DNA of 64,000 nucleotides, taken from the NCBI GenBank assembly GCA_965116925.1, contig OZ220744.1, positions 2,112,001-2,176,000 of the forward strand, read 5' to 3'. The position numbers were made by a program, and so were the translations under genes. Shown piece after piece: positions 50,804 to 61,625 of this stretch. This DNA is from Candidatus Poribacteria bacterium (GTDB lineage Bacteria > Poribacteria > WGA-4E > PCPOR2b). The notes under the pieces are model-generated. The model did no database searches and had not been told where the DNA came from. It saw only the letters and a list, made by a program, of their open reading frames with translations. Each line of letters starts with the position of its first letter. Position 1 is the stretch's first letter.

Positions 50804-52153
50804 TTAATAGTGCAGCCACTTCCATAGCTCACCGATTGTCGGGCGTTTACCATACATCAGTATGCCGATTTTGTATATTTTTCCCATGACCAAGATTGCC
50901 CCGAAGATTGTTGCAATCATAACAGCAATATTGAGTGCAATTTCCCATAACGGTGGCGTGAGCACGTTGATTCTCATGAACATAATAAGCGGGGAGAAGA
51001 ATGGGATATGCGAAAGGACTATGGTCAACGTGGCATCTGGCGCGCGAAATAGACCGAACATCAGCATAAAAGGAAGGATCAACATCATTACCAAGGGAGT
51101 TGCAACCTGTTGTGCTTCTTCTTCGCTATTGCATATTGCGCCAGCAGCAGCATAGACGGTGGAAAAGAGAAAGAAACCTGATACAAAATAGATCAGAAAA
51201 TACAAAAATGCTGATACCCCCGCTGATTTGATAATAGCGGTGATTTCGATGAGCTCCGGTGGCAGTCCCTGTATTCCAAATAGCCCCAAAATAGGGCTGA
51301 TATTCATCAGTAACAGAACGGCGGAACCTCCCCATATTAAGAACATGGTGAGGCATACCAAACAGACACCGATGATTTTGCCAAACAGTAATTGATGGGG
51401 CTTAACAGAAGAGATAATCACTTCTACAATGCGGGTTGTTTTCTCTTCAAGCACACTTCGCATTATCATGCTACCGTATAACAGCGTGAAAAGATATAAT
51501 GAAAAAGTCAAAACGTAGGTCAGTCCTAGTTTAACCATAGCGGTCGCTTGACTCTCAACCTCGCTTGTTTCGGCATCTTCGCCCTTGTCTGTTTTGGTAG
51601 TAACAGCGTACTCTTTCAGACTAATCCGTCGCATCAGATCTCTGACTTCGTGTGCAGCATACCCTTTATCCTCAAGCCGCTTATTGGTGACAATTCGCGA
51701 AATGACCCTACTGAAAGCACCTTGTAACTCAAAGTTTGTAATATTTTTCGCGTAATAATTGACTTTGAGACGTTGAAAGACATCTTGTGGAATTTCGATA
51801 TACCCGTGGATTTCCTTTGCTTCAATCTGCTGATTCAGCTGTTTTTTTGTCTCTGCGTTGCCGTTGAAATCTGAAGGTTTTTCAATCAACTGATATACTC
51901 GCTTTCCTTTGTGATGGAAAAACGAATTCTTGTCAAGGGCGTCTTGCATTTTGGGGAAAATCTCGCCTGTTTCATCGAAAACGACAAATGTCTTGATTTC
52001 ATCGGACTTTGGCTCCCACATCACCATCAAACTGGGGAGGAGCATCACAATAAACATCATCACCGGCATCAATAGGACCGATGCCACAAACCCCTTCGTT
52101 TTAACTCGCGTTATGTATTCTCGCTTGATGACCGTAATGACCTTAGGCTGCAT
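50804..52153 (-). CDS. ABC-2 type permease (NatB/YhaP-like)
   Basis: KREYITRVKTKGF, EEKTTRIVE, GKIIG, IPFFSP. Confidence 0.9.
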   Translation of the reverse strand: MQPKVITVIKREYITRVKTKGFVASVLLMPVMMFIVMLLPSLMVMWEPKSDEIKTFVVFDETGEIFPKMQDALDKNSFFHHKGKRVYQLIEKPSDFNGNAETKKQLNQQIEAKEIHGYIEIPQDVFQRLKVNYYAKNITNFELQGAFSRVISRIVTNKRLEDKGYAAHEVRDLMRRISLKEYAVTTKTDKGEDAETSEVESQATAMVKLGLTYVLTFSLYLFTLLYGSMIMRSVLEEKTTRIVEVIISSVKPHQLLFGKIIGVCLVCLTMFLIWGGSAVLLLMNISPILGLFGIQGLPPELIEITAIIKSAGVSAFLYFLIYFVSGFFLFSTVYAAAGAICNSEEEAQQVATPLVMMLILPFMLMFGLFRAPDATLTIVLSHIPFFSPLIMFMRINVLTPPLWEIALNIAVMIATIFGAILVMGKIYKIGILMYGKRPTIGELWKWLHY

Positions 52154-53063
52154 ATGGTTCCTCTTCTTCCCCTTTCACACTTTGGACGAATATTTCGTGA
52201 AGCGTAGGCTCCATCAGTTCAAATCGGGTAATTTCTACCGATGCCTCGACGAGTTCCCGCAAGAGTGCACTATGATATTCTGGAGCGCGTAGTCTGACTT
52301 CTACATATTGACCGAAGTCGTTACATCTGTCGACAAATCGGGAGTTTCTGATTAGATTAATGTCTCCTGAATACTCGATCTCCACGGAGCCTCTGCCGAA
52401 GGATTTTTTGATTTCCCTCAAATCCCCCTCAAGCACAATTGTGCCGGCGTTTATTAGACAGATTTTTTCGCACAATCTCTCAGCCTGCTCCATAATGTGT
52501 GTAGAGAATATGATAGTCGCTCCATCGGTGTTCAGTTCAAGCATCAGATCTTTCAGCAGCGTCATATTGATAGGGTCTAGGCCGGAGAAGGGCTCATCAA
52601 GGATGATTAACTCAGGTTTGTGGATGACCGTGGCGATAAATTGGATCTTCTGCGCCATGCCCTTCGATAGATCTTCGATCTTCTTATTTTCCCACTCGAC
52701 CAGATCCATCTTCTGCAGCCAGCGATCTATTTCAGCGGAAGCGTCTGCACGGCTCATCCCTCTTAATTCTGCCATAAAGAGTATTACATCTTTCACCTTC
52801 ATTTTTCGATAAAGCCCCCGCTCTTCCGGCAGATAGCCAATCTGATCCGCAAAATCCCCACTCTGCTGGTTTCCGCTGAAGGTAATCTTTCCTGCATCCG
52901 GCGCAATGATATCCATAATCATGCGGATGGTGGTCGTTTTACCGGCACCGTTGGGTCCCAGTAAGCCGTACACGTCTCCTTTTTCAATGTTAAAGGAGAC
53001 GTTGTCAACGGCTTTGAATTCCCCAAAGTACTTACTGATGTTTTCAACCTGAACTATATTCAT
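52143..53063 (-). CDS. ABC transporter ATP-binding protein (NatA/YhaQ-like)
   Basis: GPNGAGKT, LSKGMAQK, LDEPFSGLD, EPTLHEIF; the ORF is open to 53105. Confidence 0.92.
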   Translation of the reverse strand: MNIVQVENISKYFGEFKAVDNVSFNIEKGDVYGLLGPNGAGKTTTIRMIMDIIAPDAGKITFSGNQQSGDFADQIGYLPEERGLYRKMKVKDVILFMAELRGMSRADASAEIDRWLQKMDLVEWENKKIEDLSKGMAQKIQFIATVIHKPELIILDEPFSGLDPINMTLLKDLMLELNTDGATIIFSTHIMEQAERLCEKICLINAGTIVLEGDLREIKKSFGRGSVEIEYSGDINLIRNSRFVDRCNDFGQYVEVRLRAPEYHSALLRELVEASVEITRFELMEPTLHEIFVQSVKGEEEEPYAA

Positions 53064-53097
53064 ACTGGAGCTCCCGTTGTTATAAACCAATTTCGAG

Positions 53098-54612
53098 TCA
53101 TCCAAGCATCAGTGCCCCTAGCTCTGCTTCATCTGTCTCCGATGGTTGAAGAATACCGGCAATTCTTCCGTTATACATCACAGCAATCCGGTCGCTCAAA
53201 CTCAAGAGTTCTTCCAAATCGACGGAGATGAGTAGAATTGCCTTGGATCGGTTGCGGGCGTCGATTAATTGTTGATAAACAAACTGGGCGGCGTTAATGT
53301 CCAAACCGCGTGTTGGGTGTGCGGCAATGATAAGTTCGGGATCACTTTCGAGCTCACGCGCCACAACTACTTTTTGCTGATTACCGCCGGAGAGGGTCCG
53401 AATTGGGAGATTGATACCTCCGACCCGGATTTCGTACTTTTTGATCACATCATTTGTGAATTGATGGGCGGTTTTCCGCTGCAACAATCCATGTCGGCAG
53501 AATGGCGGCTGGCTGTGGCTGCCGAGAATTAGGTTTTCATCGACCCGGTCCTCGAGACTGATACCGTGGCGATGTCGGTCAGCGGGTAGATGCGCCACGC
53601 GCTTCCGCCGAATCTCAGCCGGAGATCGATTCACAATAGACTCGCTATTGAGGGTGATGGTGCCACTTTCGCTTTTCCGCAATCCCGTTAGCACCTCAAT
53701 GAGTTCATTTTGTCCGTTCCCCTCCACCCCGGCGATCCCTAAAATTTCCCCCGCGAAAATGTCGAGGTCAATCCCGTCCAACAGGGCCCGTCCGTTCTTG
53801 GCGCGGAGTGTAACATCTTCCAGATGTAGCATGGGTTCGCTAGGTGTATCGGATCTGCTCTGGTGTGTGCTATTGTTGAAAGTTTTTTTGCCGATCATCA
53901 ACTCGGACAGTTCAGTGCTATCTGTCCCCGTTCTGGGAAGTGATGCAACGGATTTGCCACTACGCATCACTGTAACTGTATCAGCAACTGCCATTACTTC
54001 ACTGAGTTTATGCGTAATCAGAACAACGCTTTTTCCCTCTGCTTTCAACCCGTGTAGACAGTCAAACAGTCCAGCGACTTCCTGCGGCGCAAGCACGGCT
54101 GTTGGTTCATCAAGGATCAAGATCTCTGCACCATGATAGAGGGCTTTGAGAATTTCTGCATACTGCTGTGCGCCAATCGGGAGGGATTCCACCTTGGCAT
54201 CCAAATCGAGATGGAAACCGAGTTGCTCAGCGAGCCCTGTGATCGTACGGTGCGCTGTTGCGGTATCCAGAAGGGTTTTGAATCGGCGTGGCTCTTTCGC
54301 TAGGATTATGTTTTCGAGCGCAGTCAGTGCAGGGATAAGGGTGAAGTGCTGCTGCACCATACCAATGCCGAGTTGAATGGCGGTACGAGAGTTGTTGATG
54401 CGAACCGGCGCATCCCAAAAGTAGATCTCCCCCTCGTTCGGCTGGTAAAGTCCGTAAAGGATCTTCATCAATGTCGATTTGCCAGCCCCATTTTCTCCAA
54501 CAATGGCGTGGATCTCGCCCTGTTGCAGCGAGAAGTTTGCCCCGTCATTCGCCAGAACTTTGTCGAACCGTTTGGTGATGCTGTGCATTCTGATGAGCGG
54601 TGGGTTGGTCAT
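53098..54612 (-). CDS. Sugar/nucleoside ABC transporter ATP-binding protein with two ATPase domains
   Basis: GENGAGKST, LDEPTAVL, GVEGNGQ, LSGGNQQK, PTRGLD. Confidence 0.92.
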   Translation of the reverse strand: MTNPPLIRMHSITKRFDKVLANDGANFSLQQGEIHAIVGENGAGKSTLMKILYGLYQPNEGEIYFWDAPVRINNSRTAIQLGIGMVQQHFTLIPALTALENIILAKEPRRFKTLLDTATAHRTITGLAEQLGFHLDLDAKVESLPIGAQQYAEILKALYHGAEILILDEPTAVLAPQEVAGLFDCLHGLKAEGKSVVLITHKLSEVMAVADTVTVMRSGKSVASLPRTGTDSTELSELMIGKKTFNNSTHQSRSDTPSEPMLHLEDVTLRAKNGRALLDGIDLDIFAGEILGIAGVEGNGQNELIEVLTGLRKSESGTITLNSESIVNRSPAEIRRKRVAHLPADRHRHGISLEDRVDENLILGSHSQPPFCRHGLLQRKTAHQFTNDVIKKYEIRVGGINLPIRTLSGGNQQKVVVARELESDPELIIAAHPTRGLDINAAQFVYQQLIDARNRSKAILLISVDLEELLSLSDRIAVMYNGRIAGILQPSETDEAELGALMLG

Positions 54613-54737
54613 AAAGAGCTTGAAACGTGATGCGTGAAACGTGAAAACTATTGGTTCATTAGCTCATTGGTGCAGTCGGTCTTGGAACATCTGCTTTTCG
54701 GCTTCTGTTGCACAACCACTTAACATGAACCAAGATT

Positions 54738-57700
54738 TTATCGCCTGATTTTCATACGAGGATGCCAATGTTCGATTAGGTTAGATGGGATTTCGCGGAG
54801 GAACATCGATCCTCCCCGCTCATAGCCATCTTGGCGGCGGAGGACAGACGTGAGATAAAGCCGCGCTTGAGCGCGAGTCATACCAACGTAGAACAGGCGT
54901 CGTTCCTCCTCAATTTCCTCTAACGATTCATTGCTACGCCAAATCGGGAATGTTCCCTGCTCCAGCCCCATGATAATCACGACCGGGAATTCTGTTCCCT
55001 TTGCTGTATGCAGCGTCATCAACGTGATTTTGTCCTCTTCAATCTCTACTTCATCGGCACTGTTAATCAACTTCTGATAATCGAGAAAATTGGTGAGGTG
55101 CCTTTCAACACTAGTCGTTTCAAAATGTAAAACGCCGTTCATGAACCTTGCGCGTCTCGCCTCCCAATCCCTGTCTTCTGGTGATTCCTCAAGCTGCGTT
55201 TGCTTGAGTATATTAATCAGGTCTTGAAGCGATTGTTTCTCCGTAGGTTGCAGATCCGTTTCAAGCCAATCTAGATCTGGCGGATGTGTCCGAACATACC
55301 GCGCAGCAGCTTGGTAATAGGTTTTTATTCCGCCTGCCGTCTCTGCATCCATTCCGAGGTCCTGTTGGTCCCGTTGAGCAGCAAGGATCCCAATTCCGAC
55401 CAACGGTAAGAGTTCGGGCAGGGATTTCACTTCACGGCGGCGCAGATCCTCTTTGATCAGTTCATCAAACACCTCGTGATTGACCCGTACGTCCTCAATC
55501 GCTTGGTGCATAGTACCATGCTCGATATTGAATTTGGTCGCAAGGGCTTCTAAACTACAGCTTTCACGTGGATAGAGACGTTGCGCTGTGGCAAGGGTAT
55601 CGTAGTAAGGATTAGAAAGTCCATGCTTCAGATATTTTCCGAGGTCCCGTTCAAGCACAAGATTATCAAAATCGGCGATATTGTGTCCGATGAGGATGCG
55701 ATCTTGGATGAAACTCAGAAACTGTGGTAGCACAATCTCAATGCCCGGCTCATTTGCTACAGTCTCGTTGTCAATACCGTGGATAGTCGTACTCGATTTC
55801 GGGATCCTGCCTGTCGGTTTGACATATTGATGGTAGCTTTGAACCTTACTTCCAATTGCGCTTAAACGATTCGCATAGATCTCAATAATCTCCGCAGTTT
55901 TCGGGTTATTGTCTATCGTTTCGAGGTCGTAGACAATCATGTCCGCAAGGTTTGGCTTTTCAAAGCTGCTCAAGAGTCGTTGACACAGTTTTAATGCGGT
56001 AACGCTGCGAGATTGAGTGAGCTGCGATTTGTTGAGTTGGATGACGTTTGCATCTGCACCGGTCGCAGAGCCGAGCAGGATTGTTGTATCTTTGCGTTCA
56101 GGCAGCTCTCCAAAGTCCCCAATTAGGATGTTGACCCCACTCTCATCCACTGTCGGGGTCAGGGAAAAATCGGGAGGCAGAAGATCTATATAAATTGTGA
56201 GGTTGAGGTATCGCTCCAACGTCAACCGAATAATGTGGGCAGCACAGTAAGAATCAATCCCGTAGTTTGCTGTCAGATGGATGGGATCTCCACGGTCAAT
56301 GGCACTATACAGGGTATCTGTCGCAGCGCGAAGTCCGGGGATTTCCGATTGATTTTCCATCTTGTGCATGTCTTCGGATTGGTACGGACTGCGTCTCTGC
56401 GAAAGGAGATCGAAGAGCCGGATCGCGATGGTATGTATCTGTTCACCTTCAATCCCATTATGAAAATTATCAATCTGTTGGAAGAATTGACGTACATTCC
56501 AACGGGTGAAGGGCCCCACATCGTCTGGATAGTCATCAATTTTTCTGAGCAGTTCAATTAGCGTAACACCTTTCTGTTGTGCTAGCCACTTCAACCGGAC
56601 CAACGTGAGGTCGTCGATTAGCTGCTGTGGAAAATTGACTGCCTTCTCAATATCGCGGGGGAGTTGCCACTGGACGAAGTTCAGATAGGAGAGAATCCCT
56701 TGTGCGTGTTCCTCCTGGAAGGAGTTGATCCGTCCAATACGCTGAAACCCGACGCGCTCTTGGTGCAGCCGATCGACTAACGTATCTGCCAATTGGTGGG
56801 TGCGGTAGAAAACCCCGATGTCACCGTAGGAGTAATGTCGTCCTTCCACCAGTTTCCGAATCAACGTAATAACGTGGTTTGCCTCTGTATCAGGGGTGTC
56901 TAACGTGTAGTGATAGAGAGTGTTTCCAGCGTCCTTGTGCGTTTTCAGAACGCTCTCCTTCTGGCGTGTATTTTTGGCAATCACCGCCCCCGCAGCGCGC
57001 AGGATCCGCTCACTGCACCGATAATGTTCTTCTAACTCAACCACCGTTGGCTTGAAATCTTTCTTGAATTGTTCAATATATTGGGGACTGGAGCCGCGCC
57101 AGCTATAGATAGATTGATCTTCGTCCGCTACGACCATCACGTTATGTTGAGGAGCGTGGGAGAGGAGTTTGAGCAGGGTATACTGTGCAGCGTTAATATC
57201 TTGGTATTCATCAACGAGGATGAAGCGGATGTCATTGTGGTACTTTGCCCGAATGTCAGGCACCTGTTCAAGCACTTCGACAGATTTGGAGATCAGATCA
57301 TCGAAGTCAAGGGCGTTATGAGCGGCGAGTTTTGTCTGATAAGCTTTGAGCAGATCAGTAATGTCTTGCACTTGCACCGGATCGTCAATAACTGTTCCAT
57401 CACCTAGCCAAATTTCATTTTGATTAGCGGTTGGATCTTCCAACTTCACCTTGTACGCACCGATGATGTCGCGCAGCATCCACGGGGGGTAGGTGAGCCG
57501 ATTCTGACGAAGTTCGCGTAGACATTCGATTAGTACCTCTTCCTGTGTCTCCTGACTGAAAATTGCGAAGTTTACCCCCAGCCCAATTTCTTCTGAGTGC
57601 TGACGGAGCAGGCGGACGCAAAAGGCGTGGAATGTATGGATACGAACCTCTAACCCTTGCGTTGTGCCGAGCAGTTCTTTGATCCGATCAAGCATCTCCT

Positions 57701-57911
57701 GTGCGGCTTTGTTCGTGAAGGTAACGGCAAAAATCTGCTGCGGTGCTACCTGATGGTTTCGGATAAGATGTGCAATTCGGTGGGTAATGACATTTGTCTT
57801 GCCCGTGCCCGGTCCTGCTACCACCAGCATCGCACCGTCGGTATGGGCTGCGGCTTGCTGTTGCTTTTCATTGAGTTCCTGTAGGAGTTCCATAATCATC
57901 ACCTCATTCAA
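54738..57911 (-). CDS. UvrD/PcrA superfamily 1 helicase with inserted DEDDh exonuclease and degenerate RecJ-like DHH segment
   Basis: AGPGTGKT, TFTNKAA, DEYQD, DQSIYSWRG, TLHTAKGTEF, EERRLFYVGMTRA; exonuclease motifs YDLET, GHNIADFD, HQAIED. The true start is probably 57899 or 57893. Confidence 0.9.
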   Translation of the reverse strand: MNEVMIMELLQELNEKQQQAAAHTDGAMLVVAGPGTGKTNVITHRIAHLIRNHQVAPQQIFAVTFTNKAAQEMLDRIKELLGTTQGLEVRIHTFHAFCVRLLRQHSEEIGLGVNFAIFSQETQEEVLIECLRELRQNRLTYPPWMLRDIIGAYKVKLEDPTANQNEIWLGDGTVIDDPVQVQDITDLLKAYQTKLAAHNALDFDDLISKSVEVLEQVPDIRAKYHNDIRFILVDEYQDINAAQYTLLKLLSHAPQHNVMVVADEDQSIYSWRGSSPQYIEQFKKDFKPTVVELEEHYRCSERILRAAGAVIAKNTRQKESVLKTHKDAGNTLYHYTLDTPDTEANHVITLIRKLVEGRHYSYGDIGVFYRTHQLADTLVDRLHQERVGFQRIGRINSFQEEHAQGILSYLNFVQWQLPRDIEKAVNFPQQLIDDLTLVRLKWLAQQKGVTLIELLRKIDDYPDDVGPFTRWNVRQFFQQIDNFHNGIEGEQIHTIAIRLFDLLSQRRSPYQSEDMHKMENQSEIPGLRAATDTLYSAIDRGDPIHLTANYGIDSYCAAHIIRLTLERYLNLTIYIDLLPPDFSLTPTVDESGVNILIGDFGELPERKDTTILLGSATGADANVIQLNKSQLTQSRSVTALKLCQRLLSSFEKPNLADMIVYDLETIDNNPKTAEIIEIYANRLSAIGSKVQSYHQYVKPTGRIPKSSTTIHGIDNETVANEPGIEIVLPQFLSFIQDRILIGHNIADFDNLVLERDLGKYLKHGLSNPYYDTLATAQRLYPRESCSLEALATKFNIEHGTMHQAIEDVRVNHEVFDELIKEDLRRREVKSLPELLPLVGIGILAAQRDQQDLGMDAETAGGIKTYYQAAARYVRTHPPDLDWLETDLQPTEKQSLQDLINILKQTQLEESPEDRDWEARRARFMNGVLHFETTSVERHLTNFLDYQKLINSADEVEIEEDKITLMTLHTAKGTEFPVVIIMGLEQGTFPIWRSNESLEEIEEERRLFYVGMTRAQARLYLTSVLRRQDGYERGGSMFLREIPSNLIEHWHPRMKIRR

Positions 57912-57929
57912 TATGTTTTGGTTAATTAT

Positions 57930-57958
57930 ATTTTAACATATTGATAAAAACAAAGCAA
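57930..57958 (-). promoter_or_regulatory. Sigma-70 promoter TTGCTT-N17-TAAAAT for the helicase gene
   Basis: Minus-strand match with extended TG. Confidence 0.5.
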
Positions 57959-58273
57959 ACAAAATATGATGCGTGAAACGTGAGGACACTGGCTCATTAG
58001 TTGATTATAGTGAATTCAAAAAATAAAGGAACACTTGCGCCGCCCGGTAGGTGCGGTTAGAAACCGCACCGCATCGGCGCAGTTAGAAACAGCGCCTACC
58101 AAACAGGAGAACGGTAGTTTCATTTTCCTAACCGCACCGGTTTGGCGTGTCCCATTAATTCTAAAATCTACTATGAGTTCATTACTCATGCCAAAAGAAA
58201 GTGTAAAGCATGAATGCCTGACAGAGGAAGGTATACGGCAAGCGCGCAGTCATACGCTTGCCGCTGACTTTGA

Positions 58274-60223
58274 TTAATCCTTTGACAATGCCTCAAGGGC
58301 GTTTAGGTGCCAGTCTGGATCTTCCAATGCTTCGTAGACAATGCCGCCTTCGACGTTCCGAGGCATGGGAAGGCCCAGCAGATGGCAGAGCGTCGGTGCT
58401 ACATCAATGACCCGCACCTGTCTTTGGAGGGCTACACCTTGACGGACACCCGCACCGGAGAGAATAAATGTCGAGTGCTGTCCGCCGATCCCAAAGCTGA
58501 CGGACGGAAGTTGTTTGCCGTGTGCGCCATCAAACTCCGGGCGCAAGGCGTAAACCACATCGCCTACAAGGTTGCTGGTGAGATTGACCATCTCAGCGTC
58601 CGCATGTGTCAATGCGAGCGTGAATGGATGCCTACCGGTCTCCGGGTCCTTATAGGCGTGAAGGGCGGCAATAATCTCGCGCTGCGTCGCCTCATAATCG
58701 GCGGGGTCAACAATGCCTTCGGGTTCACGACCCTTGAGGTTGATGAAAACGTGCACCAAGCCAACATCAACAGCACGGGTCTTCGACCAGTCGATCTCAC
58801 GTGTCCCTTCTTTGTAAACGATGAAGCCCGATTCTTCTAGCACTTGGGTAATATTTACCGAACGGAACTGGTTTGGTGTGCCACCGTGATCTGAGCAAAC
58901 AAGGATAACCGTGTCATCGTCCGCGAGTTCCATCACACGCCCGATCATCCGATCGGTCGAAGCGTAAGTCCGAATAACGCCATCTCGACACCGTTGGATT
59001 GTTTCGGGAGGTGCACCACTTATTTCGTCCGCTTGACTCAAGAAGAAGTGGCTCGTGTAATCTGGCGCATGGGTTTCCACCATGAGGACATCCCACTCGT
59101 GTGTTTGTGTCAAATGGGTTGCGACATCGGCCAGACGCTCATGGTGGTATTCTAAGGATTCAAAATAGGTATCATCGTCGATTACACCCAAGGCATCTCG
59201 TCCGGGGTTTTGACGAAAAGGGCTAAGTTCCTTGTCGATCTCCAACGCAATTTCGGCGGGAACGGTGTACCCCTCGCGGGGCCAGATCTGCGGAACGAAT
59301 AGTTCAAAGGCATCCGCAGTCGGGGTCAGCGTAATCAGTTTCATGCGGACATATCCTTCGACATCAGCTCCATCAATCTCGAAGGTATCCAGCCAAAAAT
59401 CGCTCCAATCTCCCACACTAAGTTCTGTAACGATATCGGTTCCCGATCGGCTCCGACATACTCGCACGCGATCGTAGCCGTTTTCCCCGGCAGCGTAAAT
59501 CAGTCCGAAGAAGGGTTTGGGCGTCCCCTGTTTTCCCCGGTTCATATCTGCCCGTCCTCGTGTGAGCGGTTGGATTGTCAATTCAACTTCGCGCGGCGGT
59601 TGTGTCGAAGCCGGTAGATCGGTCCATCCCTTTCCATCAACCGATTCTATCGTGACCGGATCAATAGCACTAACGTCCTGTAATCCGCTTGGATCCAATG
59701 TCTCTGGATCGCGTTCTCCACCGATCGGACGCGGTGTCCATTTTCCACTAACGAAAAGATGGTAACCAGCAACCTGATGGTGGTTTGATACGCCCGGTCC
59801 CGTTCCTTCCACTTGGATGCCGGTGGTCACGGTCGGGGGCCAAGACATCTCCCATTTGACAAGGATCGGTTTTCGTCCAGCGCGCTCCGCCAGATTCCAG
59901 AGATATTCGGATTGACACAGCCCTGTATTGATGCCCCAAACGGTTTTATCCAACCGTTCCCCCAGAGCACGGATATTAAAATCCATCACTCGGTGAGTGC
60001 CGGGCCAGGAGCCGGTACTGAGTGCTGTCCACCCCGGCGGGGTCAAGGTTGGAAAAACACCGATCATGGGCCGAAAAACCCCTTGCTCTCGCAACTTCCC
60101 CATATTCGGGGCGTGTCCCCAATCGATCACATTGTTGACTAGTTCCATGCTCGCGCCGTCCATGCCGATCACAATCGCACGTTTCGCCGGAGACAGGTTT
60201 GATACGTTAGAATTTGTAGGCAT
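58274..60223 (-). CDS. Alkaline phosphatase superfamily (type I phosphodiesterase / nucleotide pyrophosphatase) protein
   Basis: IGMDGA, PTLTPPGWTALSTG, CSDHG, DVAPTL. Confidence 0.9.
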   Translation of the reverse strand: MPTNSNVSNLSPAKRAIVIGMDGASMELVNNVIDWGHAPNMGKLREQGVFRPMIGVFPTLTPPGWTALSTGSWPGTHRVMDFNIRALGERLDKTVWGINTGLCQSEYLWNLAERAGRKPILVKWEMSWPPTVTTGIQVEGTGPGVSNHHQVAGYHLFVSGKWTPRPIGGERDPETLDPSGLQDVSAIDPVTIESVDGKGWTDLPASTQPPREVELTIQPLTRGRADMNRGKQGTPKPFFGLIYAAGENGYDRVRVCRSRSGTDIVTELSVGDWSDFWLDTFEIDGADVEGYVRMKLITLTPTADAFELFVPQIWPREGYTVPAEIALEIDKELSPFRQNPGRDALGVIDDDTYFESLEYHHERLADVATHLTQTHEWDVLMVETHAPDYTSHFFLSQADEISGAPPETIQRCRDGVIRTYASTDRMIGRVMELADDDTVILVCSDHGGTPNQFRSVNITQVLEESGFIVYKEGTREIDWSKTRAVDVGLVHVFINLKGREPEGIVDPADYEATQREIIAALHAYKDPETGRHPFTLALTHADAEMVNLTSNLVGDVVYALRPEFDGAHGKQLPSVSFGIGGQHSTFILSGAGVRQGVALQRQVRVIDVAPTLCHLLGLPMPRNVEGGIVYEALEDPDWHLNALEALSKD

Positions 60224-60546
60224 TATAAATTCCTTTCTTTTGAAATTTCCAGATTTCTTGATGATTTAGACTGATTTTATCACAACTCCGTCAATCCGTC
60301 GATCACTAGAGATTGACAATTTAAGATTTACTACTTGTCAAGAATAGGGCAGATCAAGTATATTATCATAATGCAATCTATAATCCGAATGTTGCTGTAA
60401 GCTGCATCTCTAAATTTATGTTTTCACAGCCTTATGGATTGATCCCAAGTCAAGTGTTATAATAACCGAAGTTGCTAGTTATTGGAAATCCATCAGAACC
60501 TGTAGGTCGAGATTCATATCTCGACATCAAACTATGGAGAAAAACT

Positions 60547-61524
60547 ATGAATGTAGTTCCAGACGAATTTATCCGCGTAATGCCAGATGCACTTCGAGCC
60601 TTTATCAGTGAAGCTTTCCAGAAGGCGGGAACCTCGGAAGAGGATGCTGCACACATGGCGCACCTGCTAGTTCTCACGGATCTGCGCGGCGTATTCAGTC
60701 ACGGCACACGCCAGACACCGGGATATGTGGATATGATGCTTGAGGGCAAAGTAAATCCACGACCAACCGTTCGCTGCATTGATGAATCGCCGACAACGGC
60801 AATCTACGATGGTGATGGCGGCATGGGACATTTCGCCTCGTACCATGCCGCGAAGGCAGCGGTAAGAAAAGCCAAAGAGATGGGGCTAGGTGCCGCAACG
60901 AGTCGGAATCACTTCCATTTTGGGAGTGCCGGCAAGTATACACGGCTCGCAGCTGAAGCGGATTGCGCCGGGTTTGCGGTCTCTTGCCACCGTTTTCGCC
61001 ACAGCCCTGACAGTGCAATAGCCACCGCGACGGGGGCTTCCCCAATGAGTTTTGCGATTCCGGCGGGCAAGCAACCGCCGATAGTCGCAGATATGGCAAC
61101 CGGCATTGATGCCAAACTGCCGTTGGAACAGGCGTTTGAACAGAGTCCCGCTGCGTTTTTCAAGATGTTGGGTTTGAGTCATGTGAGTCACGCGCTCGGT
61201 GGGTTTATGGCAGGTATTTGGCTATTTGACAAGCCACCAGATCCGCCGACAATCTGGGAAGGTGCCAATCAAGGCGCTTTCATCGCAGCGATTGACATCT
61301 CCCGATTCCGACCGATTGATGAATTCAAAGCAGAGATTGATCAACATATCCACGATGCACGACAGATGCAACCTGCACCGGGTTATGATCGATCAGATCT
61401 GCCCGGCGGCTTAGAATGGGAACGCGAACGGGAGTGGGCAGAAAGTGGCATCCCGGTCGGCGACATACATCAGGAACAGTTGAAAATAGTTGCTGAACGG
61501 GTCGAGATTCCCCTTCCATTTTAA
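60547..61524 (+). CDS. Ldh_2 family (type 2 malate/L-lactate dehydrogenase-like) oxidoreductase
   Basis: DLRGVFSHG, DGDGGMG, NHFHFGSAG, DMAT, LPGG. Confidence 0.9.
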   Translation: MNVVPDEFIRVMPDALRAFISEAFQKAGTSEEDAAHMAHLLVLTDLRGVFSHGTRQTPGYVDMMLEGKVNPRPTVRCIDESPTTAIYDGDGGMGHFASYHAAKAAVRKAKEMGLGAATSRNHFHFGSAGKYTRLAAEADCAGFAVSCHRFRHSPDSAIATATGASPMSFAIPAGKQPPIVADMATGIDAKLPLEQAFEQSPAAFFKMLGLSHVSHALGGFMAGIWLFDKPPDPPTIWEGANQGAFIAAIDISRFRPIDEFKAEIDQHIHDARQMQPAPGYDRSDLPGGLEWEREREWAESGIPVGDIHQEQLKIVAERVEIPLPF

Positions 61525-61625
61525 TAACCTTAGTTTTATTATTCTTGCTTAAAATTTAGTGGGGAGCATGCCCGATAAATCGGGGTTTACACACGCTTCC
61601 CCCACATAGCAAAAGGAGCATCCTA

